DNA from: an archaeon
GTDB lineage: Archaea > Micrarchaeota > Micrarchaeia > Norongarragalinales > UBA97
DNA: 64,000 bases
Direction: 5' to 3'
Assembly (NCBI GenBank): GCA_020057405.1
Contig: JAGVFW010000003.1
Span: 128,001 to 192,000 of the forward strand
The notes beneath the pieces are model-generated. The model worked only from the letters and a program-made list of their open reading frames with translations. It was not told where the DNA came from and did no database searches. Within the stretch, counting starts at the first letter, position 1, and every line of letters starts with the position of its first letter. Shown piece by piece: positions 19,077 to 28,186 of this stretch. The position numbers were made by a program, and so were the translations under genes.

Positions 19077-21047
19077 ATGGTTCTTTTGGCTGCAACGCAG
19101 ATCGCTTTTGCCGTAGGCGTGTTCGTACTCTTATTCGCCGCTTATCTTGTCTGGAGCATCCTTCGGTTGCCTGCTGGCAGCGCCAAAATGCAGGAAATCG
19201 CCGCCGCAATCCGCGAGGGTGCCGGCGCCTATCTCATGCGCCAGTACACCACGCTCATCCCGTTCGTCATCGTCCTTGCGGGGCTCATTTGGTTTCTCGT
19301 CGGCAGCCCGACGGCAATCGCTTTTGTCGGGGGCGTAATCTGCAGCACACTTGCAGGCTACATCGGCATGACAATCAGCGTGCGCGCCAATGTACGGACC
19401 GCGCAGGCGGCCTTTGGAGGCATCGGACCCGCGCTTAAGACCGCAAGCCGCGGGGGCGCTGTCACCGGCATGGCACTCACGGGCCTTGGCCTCATTGGCG
19501 TTTCAACGGTTTACTACTTCACCCAAGACTTGGGCGCGCTTGTGGGCTTCGGCTTTGGCGCGTCGCTTATTTCGCTTTTCGCCCGCGTTGGCGGGGGCAT
19601 TTACACCAAAGCCGCTGATGTCGGCGCTGACCTCGTCGGCAAGTTGGAGAAGGGAATTCCCGAGGACGATCCCAGAAACCCGGCAGTAATTGCTGATAAC
19701 GTGGGCGACAACGTCGGGGATTGCGCGGGCATGGCTGCTGACCTCTTCGAGTCCTACGTCGTCACCGTCATCGCCGCAATGCTGCTTGGCGCTGCAATCT
19801 CGCCTTGGCTGGTTGCACTGCCGTTAGTCATTGCTGCAATCGGGGCGCTCGCGGGCATGTTCGGCGTGTTCTTCATAACGCTAAAGCATGGCACGAATGT
19901 GATGGGCGCACTTTACAAGGGCGTTTACGCAACTGCGGCTTTTGCCCTGGTCGGCCTGTGGTCGATTCCGATGGGGCTCGAGCTTTACCTCGCCTCGGCG
20001 GTTGGCGTCTTGGCGACTGTTGCAATATTCTACATCACCGAGTATTACACTGGAAAGCAGTTTGCGCCAGTTCAGGAAATCGCTTCGGCCTCGAAAACGG
20101 GCGCCGCGACGAACCTTATTGCAGGACTTGCAGTCGGCCTTGAGAGCACTGCCCTGCCGCTGCTCTTGATTGTTGCCGCAATCGCGATTTCATTCAAGCT
20201 CGGCGGCGTCTACGGCATTGCGGTTGCCGCGGCGTCAATGCTTTCGCTTACGGGTATCGTCATCACACTTGACGCCTACGGCCCGATTACCGACAACGCC
20301 GGCGGCATTGCCCAAATGAGCAAGGCGCCAGAAAAGGTGAGGAAGGTAACCGACGCGCTTGACTCGGTTGGCAACACGACGAAGGCGACGACGAAGGGCT
20401 TTGCAATTGCAGGAGCGGCCTTGGGCGCGCTCGCGCTGTTTGCGGCCTTTGCCGAGGCAACGCACCTTACGACAGTCAACCTGCTTTCGCCCGCAGTTGT
20501 CATCGGATTGTTCATTGGCGCGGCGCTTCCGTTTGTCTTCAGCTCGTTTATCATGCGCGCTGTTGGCAGGGCGGCTTTCGAGATTGTCGAGGAAGTGCGC
20601 AGGCAGTTCCGCGAGATTAAGGGAATCATGAAAGGGACTGCAAAGCCCGACTACGCAAAGGCGGTTGACATCAGCACTCGCGCGGCACTGCGCGAACTCA
20701 TGGTGCCCGGAGCGCTCGCGGTCGTCACCCCGCTGCTTGTCGGCCTTCTCTTTGGCGCTCAAGCGCTTGCGGGCCTTCTTGCGGGCTCGATTGCAACCGG
20801 ATTTCTCATGGCGCTATTCATGAGCACCTCAGGCGGCGCCTGGGACAATGCCAAGAAGCTAATTGAGGACGGCAAATGGGGCGGGAAAGGCAGCGATGCG
20901 CACAAGGCCGCGGTTGTCGGAGACACTGTCGGCGACCCGTTCAAGGACAGCGCGGGCCCGTCGCTAAACGCGCTTATCAAGGTGCTCAACACCGTATCAC
21001 TCGTGTTCGCAAGCGCGGTGCTTGTCTACGCACTAAATCTTTTGTAG
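19077..21047 (+). CDS. hppA: Membrane-bound H+-translocating pyrophosphatase, K+-independent signature
   Basis: GGIYTKAADVGADLVGK, EDDPRNPAVIADNVGDNVGD, GPITDNAGG, GNTTKA, GDTVGDPFKD. Confidence 0.95.
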   Translation: MVLLAATQIAFAVGVFVLLFAAYLVWSILRLPAGSAKMQEIAAAIREGAGAYLMRQYTTLIPFVIVLAGLIWFLVGSPTAIAFVGGVICSTLAGYIGMTISVRANVRTAQAAFGGIGPALKTASRGGAVTGMALTGLGLIGVSTVYYFTQDLGALVGFGFGASLISLFARVGGGIYTKAADVGADLVGKLEKGIPEDDPRNPAVIADNVGDNVGDCAGMAADLFESYVVTVIAAMLLGAAISPWLVALPLVIAAIGALAGMFGVFFITLKHGTNVMGALYKGVYATAAFALVGLWSIPMGLELYLASAVGVLATVAIFYITEYYTGKQFAPVQEIASASKTGAATNLIAGLAVGLESTALPLLLIVAAIAISFKLGGVYGIAVAAASMLSLTGIVITLDAYGPITDNAGGIAQMSKAPEKVRKVTDALDSVGNTTKATTKGFAIAGAALGALALFAAFAEATHLTTVNLLSPAVVIGLFIGAALPFVFSSFIMRAVGRAAFEIVEEVRRQFREIKGIMKGTAKPDYAKAVDISTRAALRELMVPGALAVVTPLLVGLLFGAQALAGLLAGSIATGFLMALFMSTSGGAWDNAKKLIEDGKWGGKGSDAHKAAVVGDTVGDPFKDSAGPSLNALIKVLNTVSLVFASAVLVYALNLL

Positions 21048-21057
21048 GTGGAAACAA

Positions 21058-21654
21058 ATGGCTGGCAAGAACTCGAACGGAATGTTTGGTGGCATCAGCA
21101 AGACCTGGTTGGCAGTAGGTGGTGTTGCGCTAATAGTCATCATCGGCGTGCTTTGGTGGATGGGCACTTACAACGCGCTTGTTGCTAAAGACGAGGGCGT
21201 GGCGGGCCAGTGGGGCAATGTCCAGGCATCCTACCAACGCAGGTTTGACTTGATTCCTAACCTCGTTAACACGGCGAAGGGCATCATGAATGCCGAAGTT
21301 GCCTTGTTCGAGGAGTTTGCCAAGGCGCGGCAGGCGTACGCGGCTGCAGGCAGCGTGAACGACCAAGTCAAGGCTACAAACCAGCTGGAATCGACGATTT
21401 CGAAGTTCCTTTTCGTGTCGGAAAATTATCCCGAACTCAAATCGCAAGAGAACTTCCTTGAGCTGCAAGCCGAACTTGCGGGAACTGAAAACCGCATCAG
21501 CGTAGAGCGCATGCGCTTCAATGACGCCGTCAGGGACTACAATGCCTTCAAGCGCAGCTTCCCGGCGAACTTCATTGCAGGCGGCTTCCCCGACTACGAG
21601 TACTTCGAGTCAAAGGCGGGCGCTGACTCGGCACCGACCGTGACCTTCCCATGA
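21058..21654 (+). CDS. lemA: LemA family protein
   Basis: N-terminal TM, YNALV, QRRFDLIPNLV, ENYPELKS, ENRISVER..N..V..YN...FP. Confidence 0.95.
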   Translation: MAGKNSNGMFGGISKTWLAVGGVALIVIIGVLWWMGTYNALVAKDEGVAGQWGNVQASYQRRFDLIPNLVNTAKGIMNAEVALFEEFAKARQAYAAAGSVNDQVKATNQLESTISKFLFVSENYPELKSQENFLELQAELAGTENRISVERMRFNDAVRDYNAFKRSFPANFIAGGFPDYEYFESKAGADSAPTVTFP

Positions 21655-22586
21655 AAACGGCCATAGCGGCTGTTTTCCTCCTTCTTCTTTTCTCCTTCTC
21701 CTTAGCGGAGTCAGTAGACTCGCTCGCCCCAACTGGTTTTGTCAACGACTTTGCGGGCGTACTCTTGCCCAACGAAAGCGCAGCGCTTGAGCAAAAGCTT
21801 TCCGAATACGAGAAGAACTCGTCGAATGAAGTTACAGTTGTCATTGTCAACAACATGGGTGGCGACTACGTCGAGCACTATGCCGTGACTCTCTTCGAGA
21901 AGTGGGGCATTGGGAAAGAGAAGCAGGACAATGGCGTGCTCTTGCTCTTCTCCATGGAAGAGAGGGAAGTGCGCTTCGAGGTCGGCTATGGCCTTGAAGG
22001 GATGGTGACTGACGGGCGGGCCAAGCGCATCATCGAAGCACGCGTAGTGCCTAACTTCAAAAACGGCGGCTATTACACCGGCATTGATTCCGCTGTTGAC
22101 CAAGTGATTTATTTTGCCGGAGGTGGTGAGGAGCAAATTACTCCGTTGCCAGCGTGGCAGAGCGCTATCGTGGGCGCCTGGATTTTGCTTTTGCCTTTTG
22201 CTTTCGTCGGAATTTTCGCCGGCATTGCCGCGCTTGCCTACATAGGCCACAAGAACAAGGGCAAGCTACCGACACGGGGCTCGCGAATCTCGGCAGCAAT
22301 AGCGGCCCTCGGAGGCAACTTGCTCATCGTCCCGATGCTGGCGATTCTGCTTTTTGAAGTGAGCTTCATCCTCTCGATACTGCTTGCGGTTGCAAGCCTC
22401 ATTTCAATCTACCTCGCGTGGAAGTGGGGCGGCGCTGGCGTCAAGGGCGGCTCAAGCGGAGGCGGCTATTGGGGCGGTGGCTTTGGCGGAATGGGCGGCG
22501 GATTCGGCGGCGGTTCTTCCAGCGGAGGCTTTGGCGGGTTCGGCGGCGGCATGAGTGGCGGTGGCGGCGCCGGCGGAAGATGGTAG
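21651..22586 (+). CDS. TPM-domain (YgcG-like) membrane protein
   Basis: VNDFAGVL, WGIG...DNGVLL, EVGYGLEG..TD, Gly-rich tail GGFGGGMSGGGGAGGRW. Confidence 0.9.
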   Translation: MKTAIAAVFLLLLFSFSLAESVDSLAPTGFVNDFAGVLLPNESAALEQKLSEYEKNSSNEVTVVIVNNMGGDYVEHYAVTLFEKWGIGKEKQDNGVLLLFSMEEREVRFEVGYGLEGMVTDGRAKRIIEARVVPNFKNGGYYTGIDSAVDQVIYFAGGGEEQITPLPAWQSAIVGAWILLLPFAFVGIFAGIAALAYIGHKNKGKLPTRGSRISAAIAALGGNLLIVPMLAILLFEVSFILSILLAVASLISIYLAWKWGGAGVKGGSSGGGYWGGGFGGMGGGFGGGSSSGGFGGFGGGMSGGGGAGGRW

Positions 22587-22587
22587 T

Positions 22588-22839
22588 TCAGTATTCCCTA
22601 TAGACTTCGTCGCGCTTGCCGACTCGCACGAAAATTACGGTGCTTCCTTCTACGCGGTAAATAATACGATAGTGCAGAAAACGCTCGCTGTGGAAAAGCA
22701 GCTTTCCGTGCAGATGCTTTCCAAGAAAAGGGCGTTCCAGAATCCTCTTGATGCGTTTTGCTACAACTTCCTTGACCGAACCGTCAAGCTTTGCTGCCGT
22801 TCCTTTGAATTCATCGGTGTAGAACGGTTCAAACTGCAC
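22588..22839 (-). CDS. RelE/ParE-family toxin
   Basis: 83 aa basic protein; PFLGKHL.G, YRIIYRV, VGKRDEVY; GGTGA SD upstream. Confidence 0.85.
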   Translation of the reverse strand: MQFEPFYTDEFKGTAAKLDGSVKEVVAKRIKRILERPFLGKHLHGKLLFHSERFLHYRIIYRVEGSTVIFVRVGKRDEVYREY

Positions 22840-22937
22840 GTGAGCTCACCACAAAACTATCGAAGACTATAGCACCAATCCTTTCGCCAGTGGCTTGCCG
22901 GATGGTTTTTATAGTAGTTATTAGCATAGTTTTAGTT

Positions 22938-23195
22938 ATGAATATGAACATCAAGCTCATCGGTATTCCGGAACGCATCATCGAGGGCGCAATTCACGAG
23001 GGTCTGGCAAAGACTAAGACTGACGCGATTACACTTGGCCTCCTTGAGCTTGACCACAAGTACAAGCTTCTTGAAAAGCTCGAGGATGAAGAAGACATTC
23101 GCGAGGCCGACAGGATAATGGCGGAAGTGAAAAGCGGCAAGCAGAAACTCCATTCCCAAAAAGAATTCGAGAAGCAGACTGGAATCAAGTTGTGA
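22938..23195 (+). CDS. Putative RHH-type antitoxin
   Basis: ATG 22938; MNIKL...IIEGAIHEGLAKTKTDAI RHH-like N-terminus; acidic EDEED segment; adjacent to the toxin. Confidence 0.65.
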   Translation: MNMNIKLIGIPERIIEGAIHEGLAKTKTDAITLGLLELDHKYKLLEKLEDEEDIREADRIMAEVKSGKQKLHSQKEFEKQTGIKL

Positions 23196-23330
23196 GCTTT
23201 GGCGCAAACAACCGATGCGGGCGATAGGCTCCCAAACGCAAGGGGTTATAAACCTCTTGGAGGCGTAATTACTTTTGCTCTTTATTTTCTTTAGCTTTGG
23301 CTTGGGATAGGGAAAACGAGGTAAAACAAG

Positions 23331-23873
23331 ATGTACGAACTTGCAAAATTCGTTGAGAGTGTGCGCATTCCGCCCGCTCTCTTTGGGAAGAAGATGAATG
23401 ACGCTGCACTGCAGATGCTGCGCGAGCAGTACGAGCGGACGGTGCAAAAAGAGTTCGGCGTAATCGTGAGCCTGCACAACGCCAAGATTTCGGGCAAGGG
23501 CCGCATCATCCCGGGCGACGGCGCGGCTTATTTTGACGTCGAGTTCGACGCGGTTGTCTACAATCCTAAAGTGAACGAGATTATCATCGGCGAAGTGAGC
23601 GAGATTGTCGAGTTCGGCGCGTTTGTCCGCCTCGGACCCATTGACGGCCTGGTGCACGTTTCGCAGGTTGCAGATGACTTCTTCACTTACGACAAGAAGA
23701 AGCTCATTCTAGTCGGGCGCAAGAGCAAGGCGACGGTGAAGAAGGGCGACGTCGTGAAAGCCAAGATTGCGACGGTTAGCATGAAGGACAACATTCCTAA
23801 CTCTAAGATTGCGCTTACGATGAGGCCCATTGGTTTGGGCAGGGAAAAGGGAGCGGCTGTAGTAAATGTCTGA
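23331..23873 (+). CDS. rpoE1: RNA polymerase subunit E' (Rpo7)
   Basis: VRIPP, GRIIPGDGAAY, FGAFVRLGPIDGLVHVSQ, KIALTMR. Confidence 0.96.
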   Translation: MYELAKFVESVRIPPALFGKKMNDAALQMLREQYERTVQKEFGVIVSLHNAKISGKGRIIPGDGAAYFDVEFDAVVYNPKVNEIIIGEVSEIVEFGAFVRLGPIDGLVHVSQVADDFFTYDKKKLILVGRKSKATVKKGDVVKAKIATVSMKDNIPNSKIALTMRPIGLGREKGAAVVNV

Positions 23874-24048
23874 GAAAGCGTGCCGCACTTGCCGGCTCAT
23901 AGTCAGTGGCGACGTGTGCCCCACCTGCAAGGATTCGGAACTTACGAAAGCCTACGAGGGCTTCATTTTAGTGATTAACCCGGAGAGCGAGGTCGGCAAC
24001 GCGATTGCCGCCAAGACCCCCGGAAAGTACGCGCTCAAAATAAAGTGA
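23866..24048 (+). CDS. spt4: Transcription elongation factor Spt4 (RpoE'')
   Basis: KACRTC..CPTC, PESEV, PGKYALK. Confidence 0.93.
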   Translation: MSEKACRTCRLIVSGDVCPTCKDSELTKAYEGFILVINPESEVGNAIAAKTPGKYALKIK

Positions 24049-24061
24049 GAGAAGTGATAAG

Positions 24062-24358
24062 ATGAAGATTGAACTTGTTTCGGAAAAGGACAACCCCTTG
24101 CTTGAACGCAAGGAAGTCGTCGTGAAAGTCAGCGACTACGGCGCAACGCCATCGCGCACCGACTTGCTCGAGGAACTGCCCAAAATCCTCAAGGGAGCGA
24201 ACAAGGAAGGCGTCTACATTGAGAAGGTCGACCAGCACTACGGCCGCAAGCAGACTCTCGTCATGGCACACGTTTACGCCAGCAGGGAATCGCTTGAGAA
24301 GCACATCCACAAGAAGCTTTTGCGCACGAGCGGCAAGAAGAAGGCCGCTGCTGCATAA
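24062..24358 (+). CDS. rps24e: 30S ribosomal protein S24e
   Basis: NPLLERKEV, ATPSR, YG...AHVY. Confidence 0.92.
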   Translation: MKIELVSEKDNPLLERKEVVVKVSDYGATPSRTDLLEELPKILKGANKEGVYIEKVDQHYGRKQTLVMAHVYASRESLEKHIHKKLLRTSGKKKAAAA

Positions 24359-24369
24359 GGTGAAGTAAC

Positions 24370-24519
24370 ATGGCTGAGAAACCGAAGACCAAATCCTTTA
24401 AGGCTTATACTGGTGGCAAGTACTGCCCCAAGTGCGGGCCCGGCACCAAGCTCGGAGTGCACAACAACCGCTTTGCCTGCGGAAAGTGCCGCTACACCGA
24501 GATGGCAGACAAGGCGTGA
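24370..24519 (+). CDS. rps27ae: 30S ribosomal protein S27ae (not in ORF track, 49 aa)
   Basis: MAEKPKTKSFKAYTGGKYCPKCGPGTKLGVHNNRFACGKCRYTEMADKA; GGTGA SD; canonical position after rps24e. Confidence 0.93.
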   Translation: MAEKPKTKSFKAYTGGKYCPKCGPGTKLGVHNNRFACGKCRYTEMADKA

Positions 24520-24525
24520 GTCTAA

Positions 24526-25005
24526 ATGAAAATCGTTTATGCCCGGTTAGGAGTTTTGCTGCTAATCCTGGCCGCAGGCGTTTTTGCAATGCCGCTTTCA
24601 AAACCAATTGACGAGCCCTGCCCGGCTCAAATTGCTGACTTTGGTGACGGCATGATTCAAGGCTGCGCCATTGAAGTTCCCAAGCCCGACTACGTAGTGC
24701 AGTGGATTCGCATCGACCACGTCAACAACACGGGCTTCGTGCACATCCAGGCGCTAACAGTCAACATCGGCGCTGACGCGGCTCAATCATCGCAAACTAA
24801 ACTTACAGCCACTGAATACAACGGACTCGACTACTCAGTCAGCTTTGATGTCCCGCCATTGCCCCACGGCGGCTATTCGCTCCACGAGCTCTACTACAAG
24901 TGCAGCTACAAAGTCACGGTCCATGGCCTAGCCGACGCGCAGGGCAACATCGACGAGGAAAGCGAGACGAACAACGGGAATTCCGCGTCGGGCCGTTGCG
25001 CATAA
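24526..25005 (+). CDS. Secreted protein with CARDB-like C-terminal motif
   Basis: Signal peptide; ADAQGNIDEESETNN resembles the CARDB end motif; 4 Cys. Confidence 0.65.
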   Translation: MKIVYARLGVLLLILAAGVFAMPLSKPIDEPCPAQIADFGDGMIQGCAIEVPKPDYVVQWIRIDHVNNTGFVHIQALTVNIGADAAQSSQTKLTATEYNGLDYSVSFDVPPLPHGGYSLHELYYKCSYKVTVHGLADAQGNIDEESETNNGNSASGRCA

Positions 25006-25081
25006 AAACCATTAAATCCCCTCTTTCACATTAATTGTTTCGCTAGTTCTTTGAGCTAGCCCGAAGATATAAGGGCAAATT

Positions 25082-28000
25082 GTGATGCAGGAATTCGGCC
25101 AGTATGGCCGTGAGTTGGAAAAGTCAGTGCTTGCCTACTGGCAAGAAAAACAGATTCCGCAAAAACTTTCTTCTCAGCGCAAGGGCGCGAAAAAGCACGT
25201 CGTGCTTGACGGCCCGCCTTACGTCAATGCACTGCCGCACGCTGGCCATGTGCTCACGACAACGTCGAAAGACATTTGGACGCGCTTGGCGTACATGCGG
25301 GGCTTTGACGCCCACATTCAACCCGGCTTTGACTGCCACGGCCTGCCAATCGAAGTCATGGTAGAGAAAGAACTCGGAATCAAGAGCAAGCGCGAGATTC
25401 TTGAGATGGGCATCGAGAAGTTCGACGCGGCCTGCCTTGCGAAAGTCACCAACAACGAGGGCGCGTGGATGAACTACTACCGAGAGCTTGGGGCATGGCG
25501 CGCATACTTTGAGCCCTACTTCACTTACAAGCCGTCCTACATCCAAAGCGTGTGGTGGGCGTTCAAGCAATGGCACGATGCGGGCATGATTACAGAAGGC
25601 GAGCGCAGCATCCACTGGTGTTCCCACTGCGAGACGGCGCTCGCGGGTTATGAAGTGAGCGACAGCTACGCACAGCGTTCGGACCCGGGGCTTTACGTCA
25701 AGTTCAAGGTAAAGGGCGCGGAAAACGAGTTTCTCCTAGTGTATACGACCACGCCTTGGACTTTGCCGGCAAATGTCGCGATTGCGGTTAAGGGAGATGC
25801 CGAGTACGTCAAGGCGAAAGTCGGCGGCACGGTCCTCATCCTCGCTAAGGCGCTTGCGGAAAAAGTTTTGAAGGAAAAGGCCGGCGTTGACTACGAAGTC
25901 GTCTCGACAATCCGGGGAAGCGACCTTGACGGCGTGGAGTACGAACCGCTTTTCGGGTGCGCAAGCCAAAAGAAAATCGGGGAGAATCCAAAGGCCCGAC
26001 GCGTTTACTTGAGCATCCAGTTGATGTCGAGGAAAAAATACAACAAGCACGTGAAAAAAGACGAGGCTGGCGGCAAGGACGCAACCGCCGTTCTTGACGG
26101 CAAGAAAGAGGAGGGCGAACTGGCCGCTTCGGCAAGCGCTCCTTCGTCTGAATTCGAGGAGTTCGTCACACTTTCTGAAGGAACGGGTCTTGTGCACTGC
26201 GCTCCCGGCCACGGCACTACTGACTTTGTCTTTGGCAAGCACTATGGGCTGCCTGCCGCCTCGCCTGTCGACGAGCGCGGGCTCTTTACGGCGGACGTCG
26301 AGCAGTGGCAGGGGCAGTACGTCAAGAAGGCTGACAAGGAAATTTCGGCTTTTCTTGACGGCAACGGCAGCCTCTTCCACCAAGAGACGATAACGCACAG
26401 CTACCCGCTTTGCTGGCGCTGCAAGACGCCGCTTCTCTTCCGCCTTAGCCCGCAGATTTACCTTAGCATCGACGCGGTGCGCGAGAAGATGCTTGAGGCG
26501 AATGGCAAGACTCACTGGATGCCGCCGTTTGGCGAGGACGCGTTTGGCAACTGGGTCGCTGGGGCGCAGGACTGGTGCATATCACAACAGAGGTTCTGGG
26601 GCACGCCGATTCCGCTTTGGAAGTGCGGAAAGTGCGGTGCGAAAAAGGTTATCGAGAGCTTAGCCGAACTCAGGCTGTCCGCGGTGAAGGACCCGGGCGT
26701 GCTCACTGACTTGCACAGGCACGCGATTGACGGCATCGAGCTAAAGTGCGGCGAGTGCGGTTCGCCGATGAAGCGCGTGCCCGACATTTTCAACGTATGG
26801 ATTGACTCTGGCCTGGCGTTCATTGCAAGCCACGGCTATCCTTTTGCCAACAAGGAATTGGCGGAAGAGCTGATGCCCGTGAATTTGGTGTGCGAGAGCC
26901 AGGACCAAATCAGGGGTTGGTTCTATGCCCTGCAGTTCACTTCGTTTGCAACTTTCGGCCGGCCGGCGTTTAAGGAGTGCGCGGTGATGGGCTGGGTTGT
27001 CGACGAGAAGGGCGAGAAGATGAGCAAGAGCTTGGGCAACGTCGTTGACGCGCAAAAGGCAATCGATACGCTTGGCGCGGATGCGCTAAGGCTCTACTAC
27101 TGCAGCGACGTTGCGCCGTGGAATGTCCACAGGTTTTCGTTCACTAACGCGAAGGAGAGCCAACGCAACCTCAACATCCTGCTTAACACGCTCAAGTTTT
27201 ACAAAATGTACGCACCCGACGGGTTTGTGCCGGTTGAAGTGAGCGCCAAGACGGCGGGGCTTAGGCCAGAGGACAAGTGGATTCTCTCGCGGCTCAACAC
27301 TGTTGCGGGGCAGGCCAACTCGCGCCTAGACGAGTTCGAGTTCCACACTGCGGGCAGGCTGCTCGTTGACTTTGTCGTAAACGACTTTTCGCGCTGGTAT
27401 GTCAAGCTTGCCCGCGACAGGGTTGCCGTTGAGGCAGAGGAAGGAGACAGGAGGGTTTGCTTGAGTGTCATGCGACACGCGCTCTTGCAGGCAAGCAAGT
27501 TGCTTGCGCCAATCACGCCCTTTCTTAGCGAATACTCATACGGCCAGCTAAACGGAGGGCTCGAGAGCGTTCACTTTGAAAGGTACCCGAAGTCGATTGA
27601 GGGCGCTAGCGACGAGGAGCTTGAGGAGCACATGGCAATTGCGATGGCTGCCTCAGAAGCTGCGGCAAGCGCTCGTCAGGAGGCGGGCGTGAAGTTGCGC
27701 TGGCCGCTTGGCCGCCTCGTCGTCACGGGCGATGCGGGCTTGAGCAAGGCGGTCGAAGGGTTTGCATCCCTGCTCTCAACACAGGCTAATGTTCTGCAGG
27801 TGAGCTATTCGCAGGTTCCGCCTGCAGGTGGCAAGTGGGTGAGCCGCGAGATTACGGCAGGGGAAAAGACGGTGACGGTGTTGCTTGACTGCGAAATGAC
27901 TGAAGACTTGCGGATGCAGGCGCTTTTGCGCGAGCTCGTGCGCGCGGTCCAGGAGAGCCGCAAGCAAAATGGCCTCAACGTGCGCCAGAGGATTGTCGTC

Positions 28001-28186
28001 TCGGTTGCATCGCCCCAGAGCTCGGTTGCGGAATTTTTGAGGAAGAACGCCGGGCTTTTGGCGCGGGAAGTTGGCGCCGGCTCTGTCGGCATCGTCGAGG
28101 AAGCGAAGCTAGTTGGAGCGTTCTCGGCATCGGCCTCCATTGACGAGAAAGCAACGGTGAAGGCGCGCTATTCTGTTTCCGGCTAG
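25082..28186 (+). CDS. ileS: Isoleucine--tRNA ligase
   Basis: DGPPYVN..PHAGH, GFDCHGLPIE, TTTPWTLPAN, GTGLVHCAPGHG, DQIRGWF, KMSKSLGN. Confidence 0.95.
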   Translation: MMQEFGQYGRELEKSVLAYWQEKQIPQKLSSQRKGAKKHVVLDGPPYVNALPHAGHVLTTTSKDIWTRLAYMRGFDAHIQPGFDCHGLPIEVMVEKELGIKSKREILEMGIEKFDAACLAKVTNNEGAWMNYYRELGAWRAYFEPYFTYKPSYIQSVWWAFKQWHDAGMITEGERSIHWCSHCETALAGYEVSDSYAQRSDPGLYVKFKVKGAENEFLLVYTTTPWTLPANVAIAVKGDAEYVKAKVGGTVLILAKALAEKVLKEKAGVDYEVVSTIRGSDLDGVEYEPLFGCASQKKIGENPKARRVYLSIQLMSRKKYNKHVKKDEAGGKDATAVLDGKKEEGELAASASAPSSEFEEFVTLSEGTGLVHCAPGHGTTDFVFGKHYGLPAASPVDERGLFTADVEQWQGQYVKKADKEISAFLDGNGSLFHQETITHSYPLCWRCKTPLLFRLSPQIYLSIDAVREKMLEANGKTHWMPPFGEDAFGNWVAGAQDWCISQQRFWGTPIPLWKCGKCGAKKVIESLAELRLSAVKDPGVLTDLHRHAIDGIELKCGECGSPMKRVPDIFNVWIDSGLAFIASHGYPFANKELAEELMPVNLVCESQDQIRGWFYALQFTSFATFGRPAFKECAVMGWVVDEKGEKMSKSLGNVVDAQKAIDTLGADALRLYYCSDVAPWNVHRFSFTNAKESQRNLNILLNTLKFYKMYAPDGFVPVEVSAKTAGLRPEDKWILSRLNTVAGQANSRLDEFEFHTAGRLLVDFVVNDFSRWYVKLARDRVAVEAEEGDRRVCLSVMRHALLQASKLLAPITPFLSEYSYGQLNGGLESVHFERYPKSIEGASDEELEEHMAIAMAASEAAASARQEAGVKLRWPLGRLVVTGDAGLSKAVEGFASLLSTQANVLQVSYSQVPPAGGKWVSREITAGEKTVTVLLDCEMTEDLRMQALLRELVRAVQESRKQNGLNVRQRIVVSVASPQSSVAEFLRKNAGLLAREVGAGSVGIVEEAKLVGAFSASASIDEKATVKARYSVSG

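Noticed and set aside
25082-28186. ValRS or LeuRS assignment
   Set aside because: DGPPY, DCHGLPIE and DQ.RGWF are IleRS signatures.
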